A DNA stretch of 64,000 nucleotides from Pseudomonadota bacterium (GCA_021845905.1 JAJZVA010000006.1:74264-138263), one strand, 5' to 3'; positions 44,748-53,608 are shown, counted from the first letter of the stretch. Notes: generated by a model from the letters alone, not told the origin. Made by a program: numbers and translations.

Positions 44748-45173
44748 CTGAATCAGTCCCCGGGGCATCGCCACAGGCGGCTCGATGGCAGACAAGGCCG
44801 AAAGCTCTGTAGTCCGTCCGACGCCAGAAGCGATAGTGCTGCGGAAGTATTGCATACGCCAGTCCCTGAACCTCTGAAAAAAGCGCGTTGGAGACCTGCC
44901 GCTTTGATTGTGTCCGCGCGGTAATGATTCAAATCCATGATCTCCCCCCCTTTTCAGGGAGCCCCGATTCCGGACTTCGATGGTGCAGCGTTAGCACCGG
45001 CGCGCCTTTGGGCGCTGCAAGCTTGTTGCCAAGCTCCTTCTCTTCGTTGCGGTCCACTCATGTTGCGCATGCACAGCATGGTGGATGCAGCTCAAGGCGG
45101 CCGTCGCTCTCCACGGCTGCGTGAAGTCCGCGATCGGCGCGGGCAGAAGAAAAGGAGAGACACCATGAGAGTC

Positions 45174-45356
45174 ATCACCGCAGCAGAACTGGCCAACAAA
45201 ACGAATTTCCAACTGAGCGCCCTTTACGCGAGGCTCAAGGAGGAACTGTCACGCACAGAACCGGGCAGCTACGAGCACGAAGTTTTATCCATCTCGCTCG
45301 AAAACGTCCGCCGCGCATACACGACGACTCCCAAGTTCAAGCCCCCGAGGATGTAA
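45174..45356 (+). CDS. small hypothetical protein (60 aa)
   Basis: AAGGAGAG RBS; MRVITAAELANKTNFQLSALYARLKEEL... Confidence 0.45.
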   Translation: MTAAELANKTNFQLSALYARLKEELSRTEPGSYEHEVLSISLENVRRAYTTTPKFKPPRM

Positions 45357-45443
45357 TTCCCGGCCTCCAAAACAAGGCGCCCCGACCGGCAATCGCCGGT
45401 CGGAGTTTCGGCGGAGCAGGTGGCACGGGCGAACCCCGCTCGC

Positions 45444-45950
45444 TCACGCGCAACGATAAACAAGCCGCGTTCCGGCAATGGTCGTTTCGCTGTAGTCCAT
45501 GCCGAGGTCACGGGCGATGGCGTCATAGTCGAGATAATTGCGGATGGGTTCGGGGATTTCTCCGAACAGTCCTTCATCGACAAATTGCTCGGCGAGTTCG
45601 CGCAGGCTGTCTATTTGATAAAGATCAACGTCGAAGTCGTCCGGATCGCCGGAAGCCAGGTCGAAGCGGTATCCGCATTCGCCGACGGCGATGATGACTT
45701 TCTGCTTCTGATTATCGTCCCACGCGTCGCAGGCGTCCAGAAATTGCGGGAAGTTGCCTTGGTTGACGCCGAGCGCCTCGAACAGCTTCGCGTCGATGCT
45801 TTCGCCGTCGATGAATTGCAGTTCAAATCCCTCCACGGGGCAGCCAGCGGAATTGCGTAGCTTCGCGGCTTTCTCCGCGTATTCGGACGCGGTTCGGAAG
45901 TAGAAGCCCGTGGCGCTGATGTCGTAAGGTTGTGCGAATAATTCGGTCAT
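45444..45950 (-). CDS. ardA: ArdA-family antirestriction protein
   Basis: Acidic 168-aa protein; family recognised from overall pattern incl. MTELFAQPYDISATGFYF N-terminus. Confidence 0.75.
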   Translation of the reverse strand: MTELFAQPYDISATGFYFRTASEYAEKAAKLRNSAGCPVEGFELQFIDGESIDAKLFEALGVNQGNFPQFLDACDAWDDNQKQKVIIAVGECGYRFDLASGDPDDFDVDLYQIDSLRELAEQFVDEGLFGEIPEPIRNYLDYDAIARDLGMDYSETTIAGTRLVYRCA

Positions 45951-45960
45951 GGCTGCCCCC

Positions 45961-46230
45961 TCACGCTGCCAGTAGGGTTTCGGCTTCGAGCATCACGTCG
46001 ATGTAATCGACGGGACCGCCGGCGGCGGTGATGATCGAACGCGGCAGGGCGTGCGCGTAAAGCCCGCTTGGCGCGATGGGAAGCGGTGCGTCGGTGGGAT
46101 AGATGCTCCGCACCTGAAGGTGCGCGAAGTCTTGTCCGGTGACGCTGGCCGGAAGCCAGTCGGGCTCATAGGTGATTTCCAGCAAGTGGCCCTTCCAGTC
46201 CATGCGGTGTATTTCGGTCGTGCGTTTCAT
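45961..46230 (-). CDS. hypothetical protein
   Basis: 89-aa ORF directly upstream of ardA and downstream of leader element copy B. Confidence 0.5.
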   Translation of the reverse strand: MKRTTEIHRMDWKGHLLEITYEPDWLPASVTGQDFAHLQVRSIYPTDAPLPIAPSGLYAHALPRSIITAAGGPVDYIDVMLEAETLLAA

Positions 46231-46294
46231 CGGCGTTTTCCTTTTTTCTGTTTGAACGATCCCCTTCGGGATTGAGTCCCCGCCTCACGCGCAA

Positions 46295-46396
46295 GGGCGC
46301 GGTGTCACACAAGAAAATCGGGGGGAACCTTCAGGGGGAACCGACCCCTGAACGAAGTTCGGGGCCTGTTTTCTTGTTGACGCCAGAAAGCGCCCG
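46295..46396. promoter_or_regulatory. conserved structured leader element, copy B
   Basis: GGGCGC-GGTGTCA-C-ACAAGAAAA...CCTTCAGGGGGAACC...TTTTCTTGT-TGACGCC...GCGCCC; compensatory changes relative to copies A and C. Confidence 0.65.
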
Positions 46397-46512
46397 CGCG
46401 TGATAAAAGGGGCCAGACCGACACTGAAGGGGCGTTCAAAACCTGAGAGAAAAAGGAAAACGCCGGTCGCGTGAACGACCGGCGTCATGGACGGCGATGC
46501 GTCCGTTGATGA

Positions 46513-48330
46513 TTACCGGAGGATGTCCGGCAACCAGCCCGTGCCGGCGATTTCACGCTCAGCAAGTGCGGCCAGCTCGGCCTTCTTGAGCTTGTCCCAT
46601 GCGGGCGCAACCGGCTGCTTGCGCGCGTCTGTCAGGGCATCGAGGATTTGCGGTTTGCTGATGCGGCTGAAATATCCCTCGGCCGTCGGGGTGAACCACG
46701 CCTTCATGTCGAGCTTGACCGCGACGGAGAGTTTACTGGCATGGTCCAGTCTCGGGCAGTCCGGACGATCCGTCTTGCGCTGCACGGCATTGACCATGCA
46801 GGCCGCGCAGAATGTCAGGAGATCGAGTAACACGGACTGATCCTGCTCCAGACACCAGTTCCAGAGATCATCCGGAGTACCGGGGATACGTTGGCCCCAG
46901 GATTCACGGGCTCGTTCAAGACGCTGGAAAGCAGTCGAGCCTTCGACAAGATTCAGCGGCTGCGTTTTGCCGGAAAGTTCAAGGGCCGTAGCGTGTCCTT
47001 GATCGAATGTGTCCAGCACAAGGGCGTACACGATCGTGGCAAGACCTTTGTCCGGTGCGTCCAGCAAGGTTGCGGCAAGCGCTGCCGACCTATGGGCGGT
47101 CAGGCTCTCGACCAGCGCCGCCGACAATCCGGGAGTCTCCGCTTCAACGGCTGCGGTATCCGCATCGCCGGGAACGCCAGAGACTTTTGCCTTTTTGGAC
47201 TGTTTCGGCATGTCCTCCGGCTTCACAAAACCGCGCTCGATCTTCACCTTGCCGGCGTGATCGAGGGATACCACGGTGCCCGCGATCGCAAGCTGTTCCG
47301 GCGTCCAGACGCCGTCGCGGTCTTCGATGTCGGCGATGAGCTTCTCCAGCTCGTCGAGACGTTCCGGCGCTTCGCCCGCGTCGGATGCGTACCACGCGTC
47401 ATTCAGGGCGGTGTATTCCGCCTGAAGGCTGTCGAACCGTTGCTGTTCGTCTTCGGTCAGGGGAACGGGCTCGGGATAGATACGCCTGTAAGCGGAACTT
47501 TGCGCGTATCCGAACTCGGGCATGACTTCGATCCATTTCCAGCCCTCGGCGCGGACCGGCTTGGCCTTCTTCTCAAGCTTCTCCGTCACAAGGCTGTCCA
47601 GCAGGGCGGCGTCTTCGATATAGACGCCGTTGTCGTCGTCGCTGAACAGGTCGCGCTTGAGATTGCCACCGGCCTTTTCGTACCCGTTCAGGGTCACGAA
47701 TTTCACGCGCTTGTCGGTTGCGGCGATGTCGTTCTCCGTCAGGGCGTCGCGGATGTCGCGGGCATCGTTGCGTTCGGGGTCGTAATCCGCCAGCACGCGT
47801 TCCTGCGCTTCGTGGTCGTCGGTCACGGCGAAGGCCATGACGCATTCCAGCGTCAGGTCGCCGTCCCGGTACGCCTTGATGATGCTCGGGCTGACACGGG
47901 CCAGTTTCAGGAGCTTCTGGACGTGGGCCTCGCTGCATCCGAAACGGGCGGCAATATCCGCAGCCGGCATACCGTCATCGGTCAGGGAACGGAACGCCTC
48001 GAACTGGTCGGCGGGGTGCATGTCTTCCCGCATGACGTTCTCGGCCAGGCTCAATTCCGTTGCGTTGTCGGCCGCCGTGATGCGGCATGGCACCGGAAAT
48101 GTCGCCTGTAGATCACCGGTCTTGGCGAGTTGCTGCAAGGCTTTCAGGCGTCTGCCGCCGGCGACGACGGCGAACTTCTTGCCGTCCTTGCGGACGACGA
48201 GATTTTGCTGAAGGCCGTGGGCTTTGATGCTGGCGGCCAGCGCGTCGATGCCGTCCTTGTTCCGGATTTTCCGAACGTTGCCGGACCAGACGGTCAGCTT
48301 GTTGAGCGGTACATTTATAATGTCGGTCAT
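46513..48330 (-). CDS. ParB/Srx N-terminal domain protein
   Basis: VPLNKLTVWSGNVRKIRNKDGIDALAASIKAHGLQQNLVV ParB-type N-domain; 605 aa. Confidence 0.75.
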   Translation of the reverse strand: MTDIINVPLNKLTVWSGNVRKIRNKDGIDALAASIKAHGLQQNLVVRKDGKKFAVVAGGRRLKALQQLAKTGDLQATFPVPCRITAADNATELSLAENVMREDMHPADQFEAFRSLTDDGMPAADIAARFGCSEAHVQKLLKLARVSPSIIKAYRDGDLTLECVMAFAVTDDHEAQERVLADYDPERNDARDIRDALTENDIAATDKRVKFVTLNGYEKAGGNLKRDLFSDDDNGVYIEDAALLDSLVTEKLEKKAKPVRAEGWKWIEVMPEFGYAQSSAYRRIYPEPVPLTEDEQQRFDSLQAEYTALNDAWYASDAGEAPERLDELEKLIADIEDRDGVWTPEQLAIAGTVVSLDHAGKVKIERGFVKPEDMPKQSKKAKVSGVPGDADTAAVEAETPGLSAALVESLTAHRSAALAATLLDAPDKGLATIVYALVLDTFDQGHATALELSGKTQPLNLVEGSTAFQRLERARESWGQRIPGTPDDLWNWCLEQDQSVLLDLLTFCAACMVNAVQRKTDRPDCPRLDHASKLSVAVKLDMKAWFTPTAEGYFSRISKPQILDALTDARKQPVAPAWDKLKKAELAALAEREIAGTGWLPDILR

Positions 48331-48365
48331 GATGGTTCTCCCTTCTGAAAAGAAGAAGAGCGCCG

Positions 48366-48596
48366 TTAAGCGCTCTTCCCTTCCGTTTCCTCGGGTTGCA
48401 CAGCGGCTTTTGCTTTGGGCGGAAATGCCGCGTAGCGTTTGCCGGCGATCAAGAGGGTGAAGCCGTTGCCCTTCTTGTGGGCGAAGCCTGCACCTGCGGG
48501 TTTGCCGGATTTTTCGCCGTTGGCTGCGTTCTCGAAGATGTAGAAGTCGGGAACCTGTTTGGTTTTGGCCGTTTGGTTTTCAGTGGTCGTTGTCAT
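48366..48596 (-). CDS. hypothetical protein
   Basis: GGAG RBS then ATG at 48596: MTTTTENQTAKTKQVPDFYIF...; first gene after leader element copy C. Confidence 0.5.
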   Translation of the reverse strand: MTTTTENQTAKTKQVPDFYIFENAANGEKSGKPAGAGFAHKKGNGFTLLIAGKRYAAFPPKAKAAVQPEETEGKSA

Positions 48597-48654
48597 TTTA
48601 GTCTCCTTCGTTTGCATTACCCTTTCGGGCGATGCCTCCGATCAGCCAGCAGCG

Positions 48655-48730
48655 GATGCAGCGTCACACAGGAAAATTGGGGGAGACCTTTAGGGGGAAC
48701 CGAGGCTTCCTGTTGACGCGGGAAGCGGCC
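48655..48730. promoter_or_regulatory. conserved structured leader element, copy C
   Basis: GCGTCA-C-ACAGGAA...CCTTTAGGGGGAACC...TTCCTGT-TGACGC; near-identical to copy A. Confidence 0.65.
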
Positions 48731-49244
48731 GCGCATGGCAGGGGGCTCGAACATGCACGAAGGGTGGATGCAAATAGCGGAAGGAGATGATGTGCTGACA
48801 ACGCCGGAGAACCACGGCTCGCAAACAGGAACGCGTCATCATTCCTGAGAAGAACGGACGCGCGGAAAAGACCGTTTGATCACCCGTTCGCTCCACCACG
48901 GCAGATTAGGTGAACCGATCCCGTAGATCGCATCCGTCAACGTTGCGGCCTCCGGCAAGCAGCCGCGCAACCTCGTTTGGATACGGAAGGGAATGTCGAT
49001 AACGGGTGTGCTCACACTTCCGAAAGGAAAGCTCGGCGGCGCCCCCACAGCGCAACGCCCGAGCTGCTGATTGTCAAATGAGGAAAATGTCGAACCCGGG
49101 AATCGTCCGATCCGTGTTCGACGCGGCACGCGCAACGGTCCCGTAGCTTTATCGTGCCTGTCGCCGTTAGGCCGTTCGGCCCGGCTCCGGAGCGCCGTCC
49201 AGCGCTCCCGACAACTTGAAGATTCTCAAGCAGGGAAAGGAAGA

Positions 49245-49558
49245 TGGTGCGGGCGGCCGGACTTGAACCGGCACAGGCCTTTCGGCCCTACGGATTTTCA
49301 TACCACTACGGCTTTCGCCGCGTTCGCCGCTGCGCCTCTCGGCACAGGACGCTTTGTGGTCTGGACTATCCCTTCACCATAGCCGTTGCTTTAGGTGCTG
49401 CCCGTCTAGTCTCTACACCTTCCCGTTTCCGGGCTTGGCTCGGGATTGCCATGTGAAAGGTTTCCCCGACTTTGAGCAGTTCTGCATCGCGGGTTTCCCC
49501 GCGCGCACTCAATTTTCTGGTTTAAGTCCGTTGCGTCTACCAATTTCGCCACGCCCGC
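49245..49558 (-). tRNA. tRNA-Leu(UAA) interrupted by a group I intron (exons 49558-49524 and 49298-49245)
   Basis: 5' exon GCGGGCG-TG-GCGAAATTGGTAGACGC-A-ACGGA-CTT; 3' exon AAAA-TCCGT-AGGGCCGAAAGGCCTGT-GCCGGTTCAAGTCCGGC-CGCCCGC-A-CCA. Confidence 0.85.
49299..49523 (-). ncRNA. group I intron (225 nt, no ORF) between U34 and A35
   Basis: Shares TCGGGGAAACCTTTCACATGGCAATCCCGAGCCAAGCCC and GGGAAGGTGTAGAGACTAGACGGGCAGC with the 6715-6945 intron; GAAGGGATAGTCCAG; ends ...GGTATG. Confidence 0.8.
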
Positions 49559-49746
49559 GTGGTACATCCACCTATAGCCGCAACCCACTTAACAACCAAG
49601 AAAAATCGAGCATTTCTGCGGATTCCGGCATTACGGAAAGGCAGGGTAGCAGCCTTCGCCGCCTGAGGTTTTGGCTAGCATAACACAATAGGAGTCGTAC
49701 CTGCTCGGCGCGCAGACGCCGATGCGGCACGCCTGTACGCGTCCGC

Positions 49747-51069
49747 CTATCTTGCCTTTGGGGGCGGAGTCCGCGGTCGCGGCTTGCGCACGTTTATGGC
49801 TCCGGCATCGATGCTGTCTTTGATGTGAGAGGCGTAATACTTCTCGATCATCTCGACACTGGTACGGCAGTTTTTCGCGATCTGATAGATGTCGGCGCCT
49901 TCCATGAGCCTCAAGCTGATATAGGTATGACGGAGGCTATAGGCGGTTCGCTCGTTGCCCTCCCGGTCTGTCTTGAGATCGAGTTCGTTCAAAATGTCTC
50001 TAAACAATTGCCTGTGCGTTTTCGGGAACACCAGGTCCGTCGGTTTCGGAAGGACGGTTGTTGTGTCCGGCTCCTCGTTCGATGCGCCTGACGAAGAAGA
50101 TGATCGAAGGCTTTCGCTCATCTTTGCCGGACGCCGGCGCTTCTCCAAGCGCCTGAAGGGCTCTACTGCGCCAGGCATGCTTTTGCAGTAGCCGACACCA
50201 CGCTTGCCGCGAACGGTGATGACAAGAATGTCGTCTTTGCCGTTTTTGGCGCTTCCGGACTCGATTTCCACGTCCCGAAACTGAAGCCGCAGCGCTTCGT
50301 CGGGCCGCAGTCCGGTGTTCGCCATGAACAGCACAAAGTCATGGAGTTGCTCGCACGACCACTTCCAGCGCGGCTTTGGAGGATTCTTGGCGCGCGTTCC
50401 CGTTGCCGTATAGAGCTGCCTGTACTCTTCCGCAGAGAACCAGGCGCGATGGGATACCTTGGATGAGGATTGGTATGGCGCGGATAGATTGGGAAGATGG
50501 TCAAGCCACCCCTGCCGATTTGCAGTTTTCAGTATCTGACGGAGGCAGACTATTTCCTGATGGAGGGCGCTGCGCGATGGAGGCTTTTGCCTTTCAAAGC
50601 CCTTGGACGAACCGTTCTTCTTGATATGCGCCGCAAGCTTGTGTTGGTCCGTACGGGACATTCCCGTCTTCATGCGGTGTATGCGGTAGTCCTGAACCTT
50701 GCCTGCCGTTATATCGCTGAGAACCAAATTGCCGAAGAACGGATTCAGATGGTTGTTGATCCTGTCCTTGTGGCAGGCGACATATACCTCGCTTCTCTGC
50801 CCTTCGGTAATGGTCTCGAATTCATCGATGAAGCGTTCGGCTGCTTCCCGGAAGGTCTTCCCTTCCTTCAACTCGCCGGCTCGATATTTTCCCAGGAGGC
50901 TTAGGTACCAGTCTCGGGCTACATCCTTTGCGCGGGCGAGGCTTTCTTCTCTCGTCGTGGTGCGCCGCTGGCGTCCGGCCACTGAACACGAGCACTGCCA
51001 ATGCGGACTGTTCTTCCGCATGTAGAGCTGGACGCGATTGTCCATAAGGGAGTGGCGGGTGGTGTCCAT
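49747..51069 (-). CDS. tyrosine recombinase/integrase
   Basis: Homologous over its length to 7005..8207 (FMANTGLRPDEA, AYSLRHTYISLRLMEGADIYQIAKNCRTSVEMIEKYY) with a Ser-rich insertion. Confidence 0.9.
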   Translation of the reverse strand: MDTTRHSLMDNRVQLYMRKNSPHWQCSCSVAGRQRRTTTREESLARAKDVARDWYLSLLGKYRAGELKEGKTFREAAERFIDEFETITEGQRSEVYVACHKDRINNHLNPFFGNLVLSDITAGKVQDYRIHRMKTGMSRTDQHKLAAHIKKNGSSKGFERQKPPSRSALHQEIVCLRQILKTANRQGWLDHLPNLSAPYQSSSKVSHRAWFSAEEYRQLYTATGTRAKNPPKPRWKWSCEQLHDFVLFMANTGLRPDEALRLQFRDVEIESGSAKNGKDDILVITVRGKRGVGYCKSMPGAVEPFRRLEKRRRPAKMSESLRSSSSSGASNEEPDTTTVLPKPTDLVFPKTHRQLFRDILNELDLKTDREGNERTAYSLRHTYISLRLMEGADIYQIAKNCRTSVEMIEKYYASHIKDSIDAGAINVRKPRPRTPPPKAR

Positions 51070-51092
51070 CGAAAGGCCTGTAGACGCTTGTT

Positions 51093-51110
51093 TGTGCTAG
51101 ATATGTGCTA
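51093..51110 (+). repeat. arm-type repeats TGTGCTA x2 (large element, integrase end)
   Basis: tgtgcta at 51093-51099 and 51104-51110. Confidence 0.55.
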
Positions 51111-51163
51111 AGTATCTATAGCGCCAAATGCCTGAATATACAAGGAAATATTATTTTACATAG

Positions 51164-51204
51164 GATTTTAAGTCGTGTGCGTCTACCAGTTCCGCCACAG
51201 GGCC
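51164..51204 (-). tRNA. 5' part of the resident tRNA-Leu(UAA), ending in att core copy 3
   Basis: Minus strand GGCCCTG-TG-GCGGAACTGGTAGACGC-A-CACGA-CTTAAAA-TC, then CTATGTAAAATAAT (no tRNA 3' half). Confidence 0.85.
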
Positions 51205-51326
51205 CTGCTTTATAAACCGTCTCCAGAAATTACGTGAACACCCAAAGATATTCAAGGTTTTAACGATATTTTCACCTTTCCTGCATATTATGGATACATA
51301 ACATTTGCACTTCAACACGGGAGAAA

Positions 51327-51701
51327 ATGATGTCTCTTTCCATGGATCAGCTTATGCCGCTGACCGAAGCCTCTCAACTCTTCGACAAGGTTGAAGAAGA
51401 ACTCCGCCGTAGCGGAAAAACCGCCATCGCTGATGATCTTTTAAAATTACAGCAAGATGCCGGCATAGAGCTGGAAAAAGCCTTTGGCATCTACGATCCC
51501 GCCGCGGGCGAGCAAACGGCAAAGCTTGACGCCGCTTATAAGGAAGTGACGCTGACGCGCGTAAGCAGCATTCTTCAAGACGCGCATAGCGCTCTTGGCG
51601 CGGGCGGCCTTAAGGAAGAACTTGGCCGGTTGAAAAACGTACTGGTGCCGGAAACGGCTCCCGCTCCGGTTGCGGTCAACCGGAAGAGGCCGCGCCTGTA
51701 A
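51327..51701 (+). CDS. hypothetical protein
   Basis: 124-aa ORF with normal composition; no family recognised. Confidence 0.45.
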   Translation: MMSLSMDQLMPLTEASQLFDKVEEELRRSGKTAIADDLLKLQQDAGIELEKAFGIYDPAAGEQTAKLDAAYKEVTLTRVSSILQDAHSALGAGGLKEELGRLKNVLVPETAPAPVAVNRKRPRL

Positions 51702-51745
51702 AACTTTCCTTACCCAAAACGGCTCATTGCTTATAAAATAGAGCC

Positions 51746-53608
51746 ATGAGCGAAAAATCGAAATTGCCAAAATCGAAACTGGCGGGCGCGCACGTCATTG
51801 AATCCTTCGTCAAAACCCTGCCCGGCAGCCCCGGCGTGTACCGGATGCTGGGCGCCAAGGGCGATATTTTGTACGTCGGCAAGGCCAAAAACCTCAAAAA
51901 GCGCGTCACCGCCTACACGCAGCCGTCGAAACACCCGATCCGTATCCAGCGCATGATCGCGCAGACGGAGACGATGGAATTCGCGCTCACGCACACCGAA
52001 GCCGAGGCGTTGCTCCTCGAAGCGAACCTTATCAAAAAACTCAAACCGCGCTACAACATCCTTTTGCGCGACGACAAATCCTTCCCCTACATCCTCATCA
52101 CCGGAGATCACGACTTCCCGCAAGTCTTGAAACATCGCGGCGCGAAGACGCGCAAGGGCGAATATTTCGGCCCCTTCGCGTCCGGCGCGGCGGTCAACGA
52201 GGCGATCGAGACGTTGCACAAAGTGTTTTTGCTGCGCAACTGCTCCGACTCCATTTTCAGCGCGCGCACCCGCCCCTGTCTGCAATACCAGATCAAGCGC
52301 TGCACCGCGCCGTGTGTGAGTAAAGTCACGCAAGAAGCTTACGCCAAACAGGTCGATATGGCGCGGCAGTTCCTCTCCGGCAAAAGCCGCAAGATACAGG
52401 ACGTCTTCGCCCGCGAGATGATGGCGGCGAGCGAGCGGCAGGAATTCGAAACCGCCGCGGCCTACCGCGACCGCATCAAGGCGCTCACCCACATTCAATC
52501 GCATCTCGTCAAAGGCGTCGACAATGCCGACATCCATGCGCTTTATCAGCAGGACGGCATGACGTGCATCGAGGTCTTTTTTTTCCGCGCGGGGCAAAAC
52601 TACGGCAACCGCGCCTATTTCCCGCGCCATGAAAAAGACGAAACGCCGGAAGACATTCTCGCCGCCTTCATCGCGCAGTTTTACGCCAGCCGCCCGGTGC
52701 CGAAGGAAATCCTCGTCAACATTCCCGTCAGCGACAAGGCCATGCTGGAGCAGGCGCTCAAGACGCATATCCTGAAACCCGCGCGCGGCAACAAGACGGC
52801 GCTTGTCGAGATGGCGTTCAAAAACGCCAAGGACGCTTATCAGCGCAAACGCGCCATCGACGCTTCGCAAACCGAATTGCTCGAAGGCCTCGCCGCGCGT
52901 CTCGGGCTGGAGGCGCCGCCGGAACGCGTCGAAGTCTACGACAACAGCCATATCGGCGGCACGCACGCCCTCGGCGCGATGATCGTCGCGGGGCCGGAAG
53001 GCTTTCGCAAAAACGCCTACCGCAAATTCAACATGGACCGCAAAGACGACGCGAACAAAATCACCCCCGGCGACGACTTCGCGATGATGAAGGCCATGCT
53101 CATCCGCCGGTTTAAATCGCTCACGAACGACGAGACCGCTATCCGCCCCGATCTCCTGCTCATCGACGGCGGCGCAGGGCAGCTCAAAGTCGCGCTGGAA
53201 GCGCTTTCCGATCTCGGCGTGTCGGACATCCCCGTCGTCGCCATCGCCAAAGGCACGGAAGCCTCGGGCGGCGGACGCAATGCCGGACGCGAGCGGTTTT
53301 TCCTGCCCGGCCGCGAGCCTTTCCGGCTTGAACCCAACGATCCCGTGCTCTATTTCCTGCAACGCCTGCGCGACGAGGCGCACCGCTTCGCCATCACCTC
53401 CCACCGGGCGCGGCGCACCCGGGCGATCACCTCCAGTCCGCTGGATGATATCGGCGGAATCGGTGAAAAGCGCAAAAAGGCCCTGCTCCTTCATTTCGGA
53501 TCAGCGAAGGCGGTTGCCGAAGCGGGGGTCGCCGATTTGCAAAAGGTAGAGACCATCAGCCGCGCCGTCGCGGAGAAAATCTATAATTTCTTTCACGAAC
53601 AGAGATAA
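51746..53608 (+). CDS. uvrC: excinuclease ABC subunit C
   Basis: GVYRMLGAKGDILYVGKAKNLKKRVTAY GIY-YIG N-terminus; 620 aa. Confidence 0.95.
   Translation: MSEKSKLPKSKLAGAHVIESFVKTLPGSPGVYRMLGAKGDILYVGKAKNLKKRVTAYTQPSKHPIRIQRMIAQTETMEFALTHTEAEALLLEANLIKKLKPRYNILLRDDKSFPYILITGDHDFPQVLKHRGAKTRKGEYFGPFASGAAVNEAIETLHKVFLLRNCSDSIFSARTRPCLQYQIKRCTAPCVSKVTQEAYAKQVDMARQFLSGKSRKIQDVFAREMMAASERQEFETAAAYRDRIKALTHIQSHLVKGVDNADIHALYQQDGMTCIEVFFFRAGQNYGNRAYFPRHEKDETPEDILAAFIAQFYASRPVPKEILVNIPVSDKAMLEQALKTHILKPARGNKTALVEMAFKNAKDAYQRKRAIDASQTELLEGLAARLGLEAPPERVEVYDNSHIGGTHALGAMIVAGPEGFRKNAYRKFNMDRKDDANKITPGDDFAMMKAMLIRRFKSLTNDETAIRPDLLLIDGGAGQLKVALEALSDLGVSDIPVVAIAKGTEASGGGRNAGRERFFLPGREPFRLEPNDPVLYFLQRLRDEAHRFAITSHRARRTRAITSSPLDDIGGIGEKRKKALLLHFGSAKAVAEAGVADLQKVETISRAVAEKIYNFFHEQR

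Larger units (their letters stand above)
8352..51163 (-). mobile_element. 42.8-kb integrative mobilizable element with defence and anti-restriction cargo
   Basis: Bounded by att cores 8341-8351 and 51164-51174; integrase at 49747-51069; TGTGCTA repeats at both ends; relaxase, MobC, coupling protein but no VirB-type genes. Confidence 0.8.

Noticed and set aside
48839-49135. 98-aa minus-strand ORF between leader copy C and the tRNA
   Set aside because: No RBS and unremarkable composition. The ~500-nt region stays unexplained, but I cannot support a gene there.
51731-53494. 587-aa ORF on the minus strand
   Set aside because: Antisense shadow of uvrC in GC-rich DNA. Its composition is Arg/Ala/Gly-rich with no motifs, whereas uvrC is unambiguous.
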